Sequence record: NC_048821.1
Length of the DNA stretch: 64,000 nt
Direction: 5' to 3' (one strand)
Below, piece after piece: positions 1 through 9,596 of the stretch. Every line of letters starts with the position of its first letter. Position 1 is the first letter of the stretch. Position numbers and translations under genes: made by a program. The notes under the pieces were generated by a model, which ran no database searches, was not told where the DNA came from, and saw only the letters and a program-made list of their open reading frames with translations.

Positions 1-21
1 CAGTGATAAAGAGTAATCTCC

Positions 22-70
22 CTACCCTACCCTCTATGGGTAGGGTAGTTTCTACCTTCTTATTTTTTTT
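22..70 (+). terminator. Intrinsic terminator of an upstream gene outside the window
   Basis: 11-bp stem CTACCCTACCC/GGGTAGGGTAG (22-48) followed by a T-rich tract ending in T8. Confidence 0.7.
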
Positions 71-78
71 GGTGAATT

Positions 79-516
79 ATGAAAGTTAATCCTGAACAAG
101 AGCTAGCGTACAACGTTGAACAATGTGAGGTCTGGAACGCCCTATATCCAACAGTAAACTTTAAACCTTACACTGGACCATTTAAGCATTTGGATTTAAC
201 CGAGACGTGGTTTTGTCCTCGTTGCAGGGATATCTCCAAACCGTTGGTATTAGGTTCTAGTAAGCTCACTTTATTTTGTCCTTCTAACGCTTATAAGTGT
301 GAGTACAGTTATAGTAACTTTGAGGAACGTAAGAAAAGAAAATCGTTTTTATCGGAAGGTTATTCACTACCAATGAGTTTGAATGATGTGACAAAACACA
401 CCATCACTCAACTCCAAAAAGAGAAAGAAAGTAACCTTAAAAAGAAGCAAGACCTGGAAACCCGGAATGATGAAATTCATAACCATATTATAAAGTTAAC
501 CAAAACCTTGGTGTAA
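79..516 (+). CDS. Hypothetical protein with a possible Zn ribbon and C-terminal coiled coil
   Basis: 145-aa ORF; CPRC...CPSNAYKC Cys cluster; K/E-rich heptad-like C-terminus. Confidence 0.6.
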   Translation: MKVNPEQELAYNVEQCEVWNALYPTVNFKPYTGPFKHLDLTETWFCPRCRDISKPLVLGSSKLTLFCPSNAYKCEYSYSNFEERKKRKSFLSEGYSLPMSLNDVTKHTITQLQKEKESNLKKKQDLETRNDEIHNHIIKLTKTLV

Positions 517-576
517 GTCTCAACTCCGAGGTAAATGATCTAGCACAATTAAAATATTTTACTTTGGAGTGATACA

Positions 577-2649
577 ATGATACAACCGATGTTGTCTCCT
601 TTTGTGGATCCGGATTATCATTCTGATAGAAACATCGTGAAGCATTACCACGATCAGATGATCACCTACGTACAGAAACGTTTTAAGGTGACCGTTGAGC
701 AAGCAGAAAAAATTATAAAGAAACACTTTCGCCCGAATAAAGGTGAGTACCAAGATCGTAAGTTTAAGGTTTTGGAGAAAAACAAATTTGGTGACCGTGA
801 ACTCAAAGTCATGACCGCCAGTGAGTTCTTTAAAAACGTACACAGCAATAACTACCACTTAAGTCCATCATTGGTTGGTTACAAGAACTCAGAAGAAGAA
901 CAATCTGTTAACTCTATTGGTACAGAGCGTTTCCTTAAACTTCGTAAGCTTTACAAAAACAAACGACAGGACGCCAAAGACAGTGGTGATAAGTGGGCGG
1001 AGAAAACCTACGACGTTATCCAGAACGCACTGAAGATATTTAACAACGCCCAGTCTGGTGCGATGTCATCTAACGGCACACCTTTGGTTAACAAATCAGG
1101 TCACACTTCCATGACCTCCACGTGTCGTGGACTTACATCCACCGCGAACATTTGTAACGAGAAATTTCTAGCGGGTAACCGACTCTATAACACTTTCGAG
1201 AACACCTTACAAAACATCATAGCGACTGTTCAGTATACTGACTTAAAACGCATGCAAGAAGTGATGGATAAGTTGGGGATGCGTCACGCTACCGTAGATG
1301 AAGTCATGAACATGATTCGTCACTCTACAGGTCGATACTGGCGTAACGCCATTCGTATGCAAACCATCGAAGAGTTAATCAACACATTTCGTCCTGTGGA
1401 ACTGACTGCGGTTCTTTGTGTGTTGGACTTGGAAGGTCTTCGTGTTACGAACCAGAAAACGTTATATGAGCTACTCGATGATTTCTCTAAGGTTCCAGAG
1501 ATACCAGAGGGTGCTAAAGCGGAAGATTATCCTAAACCGGATACTGGTGACCGATACATCCTTTGTGTTTCAAAGATTGTTGGTAAAGCGAGTAAACTTC
1601 AAATCAACCACCTTAACGCTTGGCATTTAGAGTGTGAGAAAAAATGGTTTGATTTCATTGAAATCTTCCTTAAACAAGAAATCCCACCATCTGGTGTTTA
1701 CAACATCAAAGATATGATTCGTGAAGTGGTATTGACTTCCGATACAGACTCTTCCATCTACACTGTAGATACTGTTGTGGACCAGTACACCAAAGACCGA
1801 GCGACGTCGTTAAGAACCAATGGGGTACTCACTTACTTCATCCGTATGATAGCGGTACACCAGCACGCTCAGTTCTCAGAAAACATGAACGTAGCGAAAC
1901 GCTTCTTATATCGTTTGAATATGAAGAATGAGTATTTATTTGGTGCTTACGTTACAACGACTATGTCAAAACACTACTACGCTACCCAGTTGATGGTAGA
2001 GGGTGTGATGAACAAAGAAGTTGAAATGGAGATCAAAGGTGTACACCTACGTTCTGCTAAGATAGCCGCGAACATTAAGTCCTTCGCACACAAATTAATG
2101 CGGGAGGTATTGGACGCTATCCATGAACACCGTCAACTCGACGCCGCAGATGTTCTTTATCGAGCCGCTGAGCTAGAGCGAGAAATCATCAAAGACATCG
2201 AAGCTGGCGACTGGACTTGGTTAACCAAATCCACTATTAAGGATGCGGAAATCTATTCTAAACCCGAGTCGTCTGTTTACCAATACCATGTGTTGTGGGA
2301 AAAACTCTTTGCTAAGAAGTATGGTCGAGCACCAGAACTTCCATATACTGCGATCAAAGTAAACGCTAAAACGCTGAACAAGGCGGGCATTACAGATTGG
2401 ATAGAAACACTTGAACCTGAAATGAGAACAGCAGCGGAAGACCACCTTAAAGATACCACTAAGTTAACCACCATTTACGTCCCAGAAGAATGTTTAGGTG
2501 CACAAGGTATCCCTAAGGAAATCATTCAAGCAGCTGATATTCGTTCTATCATCAAACAAAACTTGAAGTGTGTTTATGCAGTACTTGAGTCTTTAGGTCT
2601 CTTTATTGTTAACGAAAAAATCACTCGATTAATCAGTGATGAACACTAA
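577..2649 (+). CDS. Family B DNA polymerase, C-terminal (motif B/C) subunit of a split polymerase (phiKZ gp50-like)
   Basis: 690 aa; motif B-like LKIFNNAQSGAM and motif C-like TSDTDS; GGAGT RBS; no exonuclease or motif A region. Confidence 0.85.
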   Translation: MIQPMLSPFVDPDYHSDRNIVKHYHDQMITYVQKRFKVTVEQAEKIIKKHFRPNKGEYQDRKFKVLEKNKFGDRELKVMTASEFFKNVHSNNYHLSPSLVGYKNSEEEQSVNSIGTERFLKLRKLYKNKRQDAKDSGDKWAEKTYDVIQNALKIFNNAQSGAMSSNGTPLVNKSGHTSMTSTCRGLTSTANICNEKFLAGNRLYNTFENTLQNIIATVQYTDLKRMQEVMDKLGMRHATVDEVMNMIRHSTGRYWRNAIRMQTIEELINTFRPVELTAVLCVLDLEGLRVTNQKTLYELLDDFSKVPEIPEGAKAEDYPKPDTGDRYILCVSKIVGKASKLQINHLNAWHLECEKKWFDFIEIFLKQEIPPSGVYNIKDMIREVVLTSDTDSSIYTVDTVVDQYTKDRATSLRTNGVLTYFIRMIAVHQHAQFSENMNVAKRFLYRLNMKNEYLFGAYVTTTMSKHYYATQLMVEGVMNKEVEMEIKGVHLRSAKIAANIKSFAHKLMREVLDAIHEHRQLDAADVLYRAAELEREIIKDIEAGDWTWLTKSTIKDAEIYSKPESSVYQYHVLWEKLFAKKYGRAPELPYTAIKVNAKTLNKAGITDWIETLEPEMRTAAEDHLKDTTKLTTIYVPEECLGAQGIPKEIIQAADIRSIIKQNLKCVYAVLESLGLFIVNEKITRLISDEH

Positions 2650-2681
2650 TAACTCCGTACGGGAAATCCCGTACGGAGTTA
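2650..2681. terminator. Bidirectional terminator between convergent genes
   Basis: TAACTCCGTACGGG-AAAT-CCCGTACGGAGTTA 14-bp perfect stem, T-rich on the right side. Confidence 0.8.
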
Positions 2682-2688
2682 CTTTTCT

Positions 2689-3792
2689 TTATACTCTTTT
2701 TTCAAGTTCGGTTCTCATCGCTAAGAAACGTTTTTCCAATAATGGATTTTTTATCTGCTGAGTAGTGAGACGAGTATCTTGTTGTAACCAGCGTTTGACA
2801 TGACTCTGTAAATAACCGTTATTAGTGTTAGTCACACGGTTATAATGAAATAAAACCGTAAGGACTTTCATATACGAGAAATTCCAAACCCAGCGAGATT
2901 TCAAATAAAGTTCGTACTGTCCTGGATTTTTCCATACCACGGGATTATCCAACGGGGTAGGTAATGTATCGAAGACCTCCAGGTCGTAAACTAAAGCATC
3001 CAGATTACGTATAGGTTTACGATTTAAGAGTTCGTCGTATTTCTCTATAGTTCGTTCTAATAAACGCTCTACGGAATTGATAGCGTAAGTAGTGCGAGGC
3101 ACACTTACTAAATCCTTAAACTCTTTACCAGTCACTATGTGTTCATAGAGACTATTGAGTACTACCAGTCGGTTGCCGAGTAACTGGGCGTTCATCAACG
3201 GAAACTTAGGTAACCATAAATGCGGCTTTGGATCAAACCCGTAGGTATTAGCATCTTTGAGGTAACGCCAATAAGCTACAGCTAAGGCACAGAAATCTAT
3301 CCCAATGATAGCAAACTTACCATCTGGGTCGTTAGTCAGTTTATCTTTAACCGGGCGGAAGTCTAGCTCAGTTGAGTCACTGTACACCGGAATAAAGGGA
3401 CACAAGTCCTCGGTGTTTGTAGCGAGGTAATCAGTAAAAGAGAACTGCGGTGGCAAAGATATTAGTAGCTCACGAAAGCCTTGCATATATAGTGCATTTT
3501 GGTGAAGTCGACCTGACCCGTAAACACCTACAGCTTTTGTTGAGCTAGCCCAACGTTCCCTTTTAAGACCAATAACTTGCTCTAATTCTTCGGAAGTCCA
3601 AGACGGGTCTATTTGCATAAACTCAACGAGTTGGACTAATGGATGTTCATTCGGTAAACGGTAACTGGTGTCTAACACCCGTTCCTTAAATTGTTCTTGG
3701 TTGAATCGACACATGCGAATTAAGTTACTTATATTAGTGTAGCTATAAGACGCATTACTCATCGAACTCAATCCCGTGAATAATGTTTGCAT
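2689..3792 (-). CDS. Conserved phiKZ-like hypothetical protein, probably virion-associated
   Basis: 367-aa ORF between the PolB half and chimallin (phiKZ-type synteny); TTTTATG late-type motif upstream. Confidence 0.6.
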   Translation of the reverse strand: MQTLFTGLSSMSNASYSYTNISNLIRMCRFNQEQFKERVLDTSYRLPNEHPLVQLVEFMQIDPSWTSEELEQVIGLKRERWASSTKAVGVYGSGRLHQNALYMQGFRELLISLPPQFSFTDYLATNTEDLCPFIPVYSDSTELDFRPVKDKLTNDPDGKFAIIGIDFCALAVAYWRYLKDANTYGFDPKPHLWLPKFPLMNAQLLGNRLVVLNSLYEHIVTGKEFKDLVSVPRTTYAINSVERLLERTIEKYDELLNRKPIRNLDALVYDLEVFDTLPTPLDNPVVWKNPGQYELYLKSRWVWNFSYMKVLTVLFHYNRVTNTNNGYLQSHVKRWLQQDTRLTTQQIKNPLLEKRFLAMRTELEKRV

Positions 3793-3876
3793 AAACTGAA
3801 TACCTATTATATGTAAATAAAACTTTCTCCGACCTTGCGGTTGGAGTGGATAGGACCGGTATTGAAATATTTAAGA

Positions 3877-3887
3877 CATAAAATCGA
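3877..3887 (-). promoter_or_regulatory. Putative late promoter (TCGATTTTATG)
   Basis: Identical 11-mer at 55821-55831 upstream of a virion operon; phiKZ nvRNAP late promoters use a TATG core. Confidence 0.45.
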
Positions 3888-3910
3888 GAGGTTTTCTGCT
3901 TTCCTAAATA

Positions 3911-3936
3911 TTTTCAGTCCTATATAACCTAGGTGT
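3911..3936 (+). promoter_or_regulatory. Putative early (vRNAP-type) promoter of chimallin
   Basis: TTTTCAGTCCTATATAACCTAGGTGT; one of 7 intergenic copies of the same motif. Confidence 0.7.
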
Positions 3937-4014
3937 TAAGCAAGTGGTATTAACCAAATACCTAGATGTTTAATAACGTTATTAAATATTGAAACCCGTA
4001 ATAAAGGATCGAAT

Positions 4015-6081
4015 ATGATCTCTGGTAAAAATGACTGGGATAACGTAGGCGACAATGATCAATCACCTGCAAACCCACAATCGCAAAATCCAACCAATCA
4101 CAAAGCTGCACAACAAGGAGCAGAAAAAATGTCATCAAACAAAAACCAATCTCTACTAGACTTCGCTAACGTTCTTGGTATGAACTCAATGATGGCCGGC
4201 GGTCGTAGCGTTCCTGTTGTGAACGATATCGTTAAGAAGTTGAATGACTTCCGAGAAGAGAAAGATAAGTCATCTATCAACCCTGCACTACAGCAAATCA
4301 TCCCGCAAGAAATCATTTCAATGGACACTAACTTGTCTCCAGTATTGCCGGGTATCATTCTTGCACGTCGTGTAGGTAACACACTGATCATCGCACCAGT
4401 GTTGTTCTCTAACCGTGAAATCGCTATCCAGCTGGAAGAGATTCACACTAACGGCACTATGGGTCAAAACGTACCTAGCAAAGTGCAAATCAAACAAGCA
4501 CCTAACCGTTACATGAGTAAAGAAGTGGTTCGTAACATCATCGAATCAATGAAGCTTCGTTACGCTAATGAAGGTGTGAACGACGTACAACTAATCACGT
4601 CTCGCGTTATCGACCTAGAATCTTACCAAACTCCTGAAAACAAAGAGATTGGTATGGCAGATCTTCTATCTAACGTTATCCTAGAAGAGTGGGAACGTGG
4701 CATGAAGACTACTCTAGCGAAGACTATGGTTAAGACTGGTACGGAACTGAAAACTCCGTTCATCGACAACAAAGGTCAAATCGATAAAAACGCTTACGGT
4801 CCAACTAAGTGTGCGACTGCTCGTATCGAGTCTATCAAAACTCAATCTGGCGCTCCAATCACTATCGACGGTGTACCATCTGGTGCTAACATGTTGGTTC
4901 AGCTACAAACTGCACCAAAAGAAGGTCAACAGTACAACGCAGATGCAGCTCGCGGTATCGTGAATGCTTACTCTAACGTTCTACTAGTTGGTGTTCCTTT
5001 TGCAGTTTACACTGCCCAACTACAAAACCGCCAAGTTCAACCGTTGTTCAACCCAATGATGAACGCCAACGACGCGTACCCTCACGGTTACCACCCACTG
5101 CAAGCAGTTGTAGTAATGGAAACTTCTCGTGCTCAAGCACAGATGGGTAACAACTCTGGTATCGCATCTTGGTTGATGGCGCTATACGCTAACATGACAG
5201 TGAACCACAACCACTTGTTCACTGAACCTCTACGTATGGCTAAGATTGGTGCTCGTGGTAACCTGTCTCACATCGAACGTCGTATCGATGACATGATCGC
5301 AGGCGCTCTACCTAAACGTGACGATAAACTGAAGATCAACGAAGCTCGTCTAAAAGACATGGACTTCACTTCATCTTGGATTCGTCGTAACATCGCTGAG
5401 CGTGCATCGTACGCTATCGACCTAGTAGAGTTTGGTAACGAAGCTGCACTACACAACTTCCTACTAAACCTAAGCGGTAACAACGAAGCTGCGACTGAAA
5501 ACAAACTGGTTATCGTTAAGATGATCGATGCAATCACTGGCGGTGAAGCGACTCGTCGCATTGCAGAGAACAAGCAATCTGGTAAAGGTTGGACTCCAGA
5601 GAAACAAGTTCTATGTCCATCTGCCATCATCAGCCCAGTTGGTACATTCAAGCACAACGGTCACCTACACTCTCTACAAGAAGTAGACGAGATGTTCCTA
5701 AGCCGTCTATGTCCAACTGACACTACCCCAATGGTTCAGTACCTACAAGCGGTATACGGTGACGGTGGTCAAACACCAGAAGCTGTACGTCGCTACCGCA
5801 TGACTACCATGCTTCCTACACTTATCAACGATGATGTAAACATCACTGGTACTTCACGTCGTCACTACGTGTCTCCAGAGTTTGCAGTATTCCTAGGTCA
5901 ATGTATGGATAAACTTGGTAACCTTAATGCATCTGGTACTATGGGTACGTTTGCTTCTAACGTTGCAATCTACGCTCCATCAGTTGAGTTTGCTGTACAA
6001 GCAGCAGCTGGCGCTTCTGGTGCGTACATGACCAACTCTGGTGGCATTGTAGGTAATAGCTCAGGCATTACTTACGCGTAA
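4015..6081 (+). CDS. chmA: Chimallin, the phage nuclear shell protein (phiKZ gp54 / 201phi2-1 gp105-like)
   Basis: 688 aa directly upstream of the nvRNAP beta-prime N-terminal subunit (diagnostic synteny); strong high-expression codon bias; own promoter and terminator; extended N- and C-terminal tails. Confidence 0.8.
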   Translation: MISGKNDWDNVGDNDQSPANPQSQNPTNHKAAQQGAEKMSSNKNQSLLDFANVLGMNSMMAGGRSVPVVNDIVKKLNDFREEKDKSSINPALQQIIPQEIISMDTNLSPVLPGIILARRVGNTLIIAPVLFSNREIAIQLEEIHTNGTMGQNVPSKVQIKQAPNRYMSKEVVRNIIESMKLRYANEGVNDVQLITSRVIDLESYQTPENKEIGMADLLSNVILEEWERGMKTTLAKTMVKTGTELKTPFIDNKGQIDKNAYGPTKCATARIESIKTQSGAPITIDGVPSGANMLVQLQTAPKEGQQYNADAARGIVNAYSNVLLVGVPFAVYTAQLQNRQVQPLFNPMMNANDAYPHGYHPLQAVVVMETSRAQAQMGNNSGIASWLMALYANMTVNHNHLFTEPLRMAKIGARGNLSHIERRIDDMIAGALPKRDDKLKINEARLKDMDFTSSWIRRNIAERASYAIDLVEFGNEAALHNFLLNLSGNNEAATENKLVIVKMIDAITGGEATRRIAENKQSGKGWTPEKQVLCPSAIISPVGTFKHNGHLHSLQEVDEMFLSRLCPTDTTPMVQYLQAVYGDGGQTPEAVRRYRMTTMLPTLINDDVNITGTSRRHYVSPEFAVFLGQCMDKLGNLNASGTMGTFASNVAIYAPSVEFAVQAAAGASGAYMTNSGGIVGNSSGITYA

Positions 6082-6104
6082 TCTACCTCGGTAGTGAGTT
6101 CTAA

Positions 6105-6136
6105 GGGTGAGGGGCTACGGCTCCTCACTCCTTTAT
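6105..6136 (+). terminator. Intrinsic terminator after chimallin
   Basis: GTGAGGGGC-TACG-GCTCCTCAC hairpin with UNCG loop, then CTTTAT. Confidence 0.65.
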
Positions 6137-6176
6137 ATCGTTTTTTAATTTTTTATTAAAGTAAGGAGTTTCTGTA

Positions 6177-7589
6177 ATGTCGACCCCTGAACGTGATGTT
6201 GCAGTAGAGGCACTAGCCGCTGAGTCTTTTGAAGACCTTCTACCTATCAAGCAGTTCGAGCGTTATCAAGAACAGCTAGGGCAAAAAGTCTACGATGATC
6301 AGAGCTACTACGCTCCGCTATATCCCGATTTCCGAGATTTCAACTTTGCACATGATACTTCGAAATCACAACCTATTTACCTGAACGACTTTGACTTCTG
6401 TCTAGAAGAAGATCGAGAACGTTTAGAGAAACTCATCCGTATGGACTTTGATGCGGATACTTTTGAAACCATCGCTAGTTGTGGTTGTGACAAACCACTG
6501 AAAGGTAACCACTTAATTGGTTCAGGAAGAGTGTGTCGTAATTGTGGTAACCAAGTCGAACGCATAGTAGATACCGAGTTATCCACTAAGGTGTGGTTGC
6601 GATTACCCACTGGTGTACATTCATTTATTAACCCGGCCTTCTACAGAACCTTTTTGCAGAAGATCGCCACCGCTTCCCCAAAGATCGAAATCATTACTTA
6701 CATCATTGATCCTGGGTATCGTCGTAAAATCAATTCAAATAGTTCTGAGAAACTGCGAGAGTTACAAAGTCACTTAAAACGCTTAATCACTCGTTTGGAC
6801 CTAAACGAGTTTGTTGTTCACGCCGACACTATCATGGATCACTTCCTATTAGGTGAAGGTCGTACACTGACTGCTTTAAAGAATGCGGATGCCAAAGAAA
6901 TCATGTTAGGTTATATGGATTTCAAAGAAACGGTATTCACCAACTACTTACCGGTCCCTAACAAACTTTCGACCGTAATCGAGAAGTCTGGTAAGGAACG
7001 TTACGCGTCGAGCAGTCAGTTAAAAATGGACTCTACGTACATGTCTATCGCAGACACCAAAGACAATACAGATTTGTATCAGGTGAATGAGTTCGACATA
7101 CATGAATCCGTGGCAAGGGTAGGTAAAGGTATTGTTGCCTTAGCATCTCAAAACTCGCAACACCTAAAGGACTTTTTGTTCCCTAAGCCTGGTGCTGCGC
7201 GTAAGCTGGTTGCTTCTGGTTCTCTACCTATGACGGGTCGTTCAGTTATTACCTCTAAAACAGGTATCCATAACCCGGGGATGATCGAAGTTCCGTGGAT
7301 TATGGCGTTGTCTCAATTAGAGAAACAAATCTTATCTCATCTGTATCGCAAGGGATATTCCCCAATGGCAGCACTGACTAAGATTTCTAAAGCTGCGCAC
7401 TACCTCGATCCAGAGATCGATGAGTTCTTCCGTTATCATGAAGAACGAAACGACATAGTCTGTAAAGCCGGTCGTATGCCATCGATCCAGTACCTATCAC
7501 GACGTACGTTCTTTGCCCGTATTAAAAGGGATCTAGGAGATCAATCTATTGGTCTACCGATACTGTCTGTGTCCAATTTTAATGCCGAT
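6177..7589 (+). CDS. nvRNAP beta-prime N-terminal subunit (phiKZ gp55-like), exon 1
   Basis: Zn motif CGCD...CRNCG, GRSVIT, GRMPSI, ends at NFNAD; joined to 7982-8170 it restores NADFDGD (533 aa spliced). Confidence 0.9.
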
Positions 7590-7981
7590 AGCACTAACTT
7601 TAACGCTTACCCGTCATTAAAGTTAAAGATACTGTCCCATTAGGCGAGAAATCCCTAATGTGTATTTCCCTGAATTGCTGGAACACCCACAAAAGTTCAC
7701 AACCTGTATGGTGAGGAAACTCAGAAACAATAGTGAACCTGTCCTAAGCTAACCAATAACGCTAAGGGATATTAACAAGGGGTAATCAGCAGCCAAGTCC
7801 TGCTTAAGTGGGAAAAGGTTCAACGACTATCCGGTAGCGCGGAGTACCTTAGGTAGAGATATCTAGGGGAAGTGGGGAAACTCCTAAGTCTGAGAAGATA
7901 TGGAGATGATATAGTCTATCTACAGTGTGAGGGTCATCAAACTCACATGGGAGTTAATCGCTCCCCCCTTTGGTGTAGATG
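7590..7981 (+). mobile_element. Group I self-splicing intron (IA-like), no homing endonuclease ORF
   Basis: P AATTGCTGGAAC (7673-7684), Q AATCAGCAGC (7784-7793), R GTTCAACGACTA (7818-7829), S ATGATATAGTCT (7906-7917); 5-prime exon ends in T and intron ends in G; P7.1/P7.2, P8 (GAGA loop) and P9 stems visible. Confidence 0.92.
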
Positions 7982-8170
7982 TTCGATGGTGACCAGATGA
8001 CACTATTCTTCTTACCTGACTTAAGATCTAAGGCAGTAAGTTATGGTGCATTCGGTCACCAATCGGTATTTGATGAAAACAAACCGTTCTCAATCAGTCG
8101 ACACTATAAACAACCGTCGACCAACTTGATGAACATCAACAACGTAATGCGTAAACTGGAGTTCAAATAA
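7982..8170 (+). CDS. nvRNAP beta-prime N-terminal subunit, exon 2
   Basis: Begins FDGDQMT, completing the catalytic NADFDGD motif. Confidence 0.9.
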   Translation, partial: FDGDQMTLFFLPDLRSKAVSYGAFGHQSVFDENKPFSISRHYKQPSTNLMNINNVMRKLEFK

Positions 8171-8829
8171 TGAATGCATGTCAAGCTTTCTCTATCGGTA
8201 CATCAGGGACTGTGCATGACAACCAGATACAGTCTTATGCGAACATGGTCCAGATGAACTTTGAACAAGTTCAAAACGTAGGAGGTTGGTTAGGTCAAGG
8301 AGCCGACAACTTCATGAACTCGTTTAAGAACTTTGTTAACTCGAGAGCTTGGGACTTAGCAAGTCGTATTCGTGGTGGCGCTGAAGATCACTATATCGGT
8401 TACTACGATATTGGTATCGCGACATCCATGGAATCACTGCAAGCTTCTCAAGGCTTTATGCGTGACTACATCATGGCTATGCCTAATGTGATGGAGTTGT
8501 ATGACGAGGGAGAACTTAGTGGTTGGGAAGGTCAGTTTAGCGACTGGTGTTCCGGTACTGGTGAAGATAACATTTACTACCGTCGACAAATGCACGGTCT
8601 ATTACAACTAGATCAAGTCGATGAGCGTAATGTTGCACGAACCAAACACTATTACGATTCGGTTGCGGGTACAGGTCTGAGCGTTCGTGAACGTTATGAC
8701 TTAGCAACTACTCGTACCGCCGTTAACCACCATCTAGCAAACAGTCTGTTTGACTTCACTAGCAGTGATGGTTCTCTTCGTAAATCAGCGCAGGAAGAAG
8801 AAGACGCTAAAAAGGCAGGAGGGGAGTAA
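8170..8829 (+). CDS. Conserved phiKZ-like hypothetical protein
   Basis: 219 aa; TAATG stop/start overlap with the RNAP exon 2. Confidence 0.7.
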   Translation: MNACQAFSIGTSGTVHDNQIQSYANMVQMNFEQVQNVGGWLGQGADNFMNSFKNFVNSRAWDLASRIRGGAEDHYIGYYDIGIATSMESLQASQGFMRDYIMAMPNVMELYDEGELSGWEGQFSDWCSGTGEDNIYYRRQMHGLLQLDQVDERNVARTKHYYDSVAGTGLSVRERYDLATTRTAVNHHLANSLFDFTSSDGSLRKSAQEEEDAKKAGGE

Positions 8830-8845
8830 TCCCCTCTTTTTCTTC
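8812..8845 (+). terminator. Probable intrinsic terminator overlapping the stop codon
   Basis: GAGGGGA-GTAA-TCCCCTC hairpin followed by T6. Confidence 0.55.
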
Positions 8846-8856
8846 TCAGGAGTATT

Positions 8857-9333
8857 ATGAATTCTGTACGTATAGTTAATAGAAGACGTTTGGTTGTCTT
8901 TAGAAAAGATGAAATAGATCTGTCTGTGATAAAACTTCTCCGCAGTTTAAAGAAGCGCCCTGAAAAGAAGCGTTTCTTATTAGCGGAATTTGGTGAACCT
9001 TTGGACGACCATATTAACCCAAAACACGCGGTTCTCAAACTAACTAACTTTAGTTACGATAAGGAGGGAAATCTCACTTCCTTAATTTACCCGGCTGACA
9101 CGGATAATCCCACCATCACTTTGGGTGGTTGTACAAAACGCATCAGCATAGGTCAACTATTGTTAACTTCTAAAATTCCCACGTTTGAATTTAAGTTTAA
9201 GCGAGTTAAACGACCTGTGTTAAATGACGGCAAGCAAGTGTTAGACGAGCACGGTCGTAAACAGTATTTCATGAACTGTTGTATTTATGTGGAATCTAAA
9301 GAAAGTCCAATTTTATCAGTAGGTAAGAATTAA
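8857..9333 (+). CDS. Hypothetical basic protein
   Basis: 158-aa ORF with AGGAG RBS. Confidence 0.65.
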   Translation: MNSVRIVNRRRLVVFRKDEIDLSVIKLLRSLKKRPEKKRFLLAEFGEPLDDHINPKHAVLKLTNFSYDKEGNLTSLIYPADTDNPTITLGGCTKRISIGQLLLTSKIPTFEFKFKRVKRPVLNDGKQVLDEHGRKQYFMNCCIYVESKESPILSVGKN

Positions 9334-9342
9334 CATACAGTC

Positions 9343-9369
9343 TTTTACAGGTCTATATAGTCTAAGTGT
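9343..9369 (+). promoter_or_regulatory. Putative early promoter
   Basis: TTTTACAGGTCTATATAGTCTAAGTGT; also shares upstream TAACATACAGT with the 32780 copy. Confidence 0.7.
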
Positions 9370-9405
9370 AAAATGAATTAATAAATTTATATCGAGGACT
9401 CTCTG

Positions 9406-9534
9406 ATGAAAGATTACGTAAACGTTCAACCTAAAAACATTGAAACTAAAGCACCTTGGTACCGTAGCAATGGCGTATTCACCATCTTAATGTTGGTGAG
9501 TGCTTACGTCAGTCTGACTTACGGCAACTGGTGA
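9406..9534 (+). CDS. 42-aa membrane microprotein (missed by the ORF track)
   Basis: GAGGA RBS; MKDYVNVQPKNIETKAPWYRSNGVFTILMLVSAYVSLTYGNW; C-terminal hydrophobic helix; flanked by a promoter and a terminator. Confidence 0.7.
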   Translation: MKDYVNVQPKNIETKAPWYRSNGVFTILMLVSAYVSLTYGNW

Positions 9535-9540
9535 TTTCCC

Positions 9541-9587
9541 CCTCCTACCTTCGGGTAGGAGGAACTCCAACGCTCTTTATTTTTTTA
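9541..9587 (+). terminator. Intrinsic terminator
   Basis: CCTCCTACC-TTCG-GGTAGGAGG hairpin with a downstream T tract. Confidence 0.7.
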
Positions 9588-9596
9588 GGTTTTATT

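Noticed and set aside
4098-5657. Antisense ORFs inside chimallin (4098-4391, 5268-5657) and similar ones in the head genes (48396, 48810, 52251, 52911)
   Set aside because: Shadow ORFs produced by the strong RNY codon bias of the sense gene; no RBS or promoter.
7587-7643. ORF-track C-terminus STNFNAYPSLKLKILSH of the 488-aa ORF as the true protein end
   Set aside because: It is read-through into the group I intron; the catalytic motif is only complete after splicing.
7590-7981. Homing endonuclease inside the intron
   Set aside because: No ORF of 60 aa or more lies within the 392 nt, and the length is accounted for by core helices.
9531-9596. ORF-track start at 9531 for the 162-aa ORF
   Set aside because: It overlaps the microprotein stop and the terminator hairpin; ATG 9597 is more plausible.
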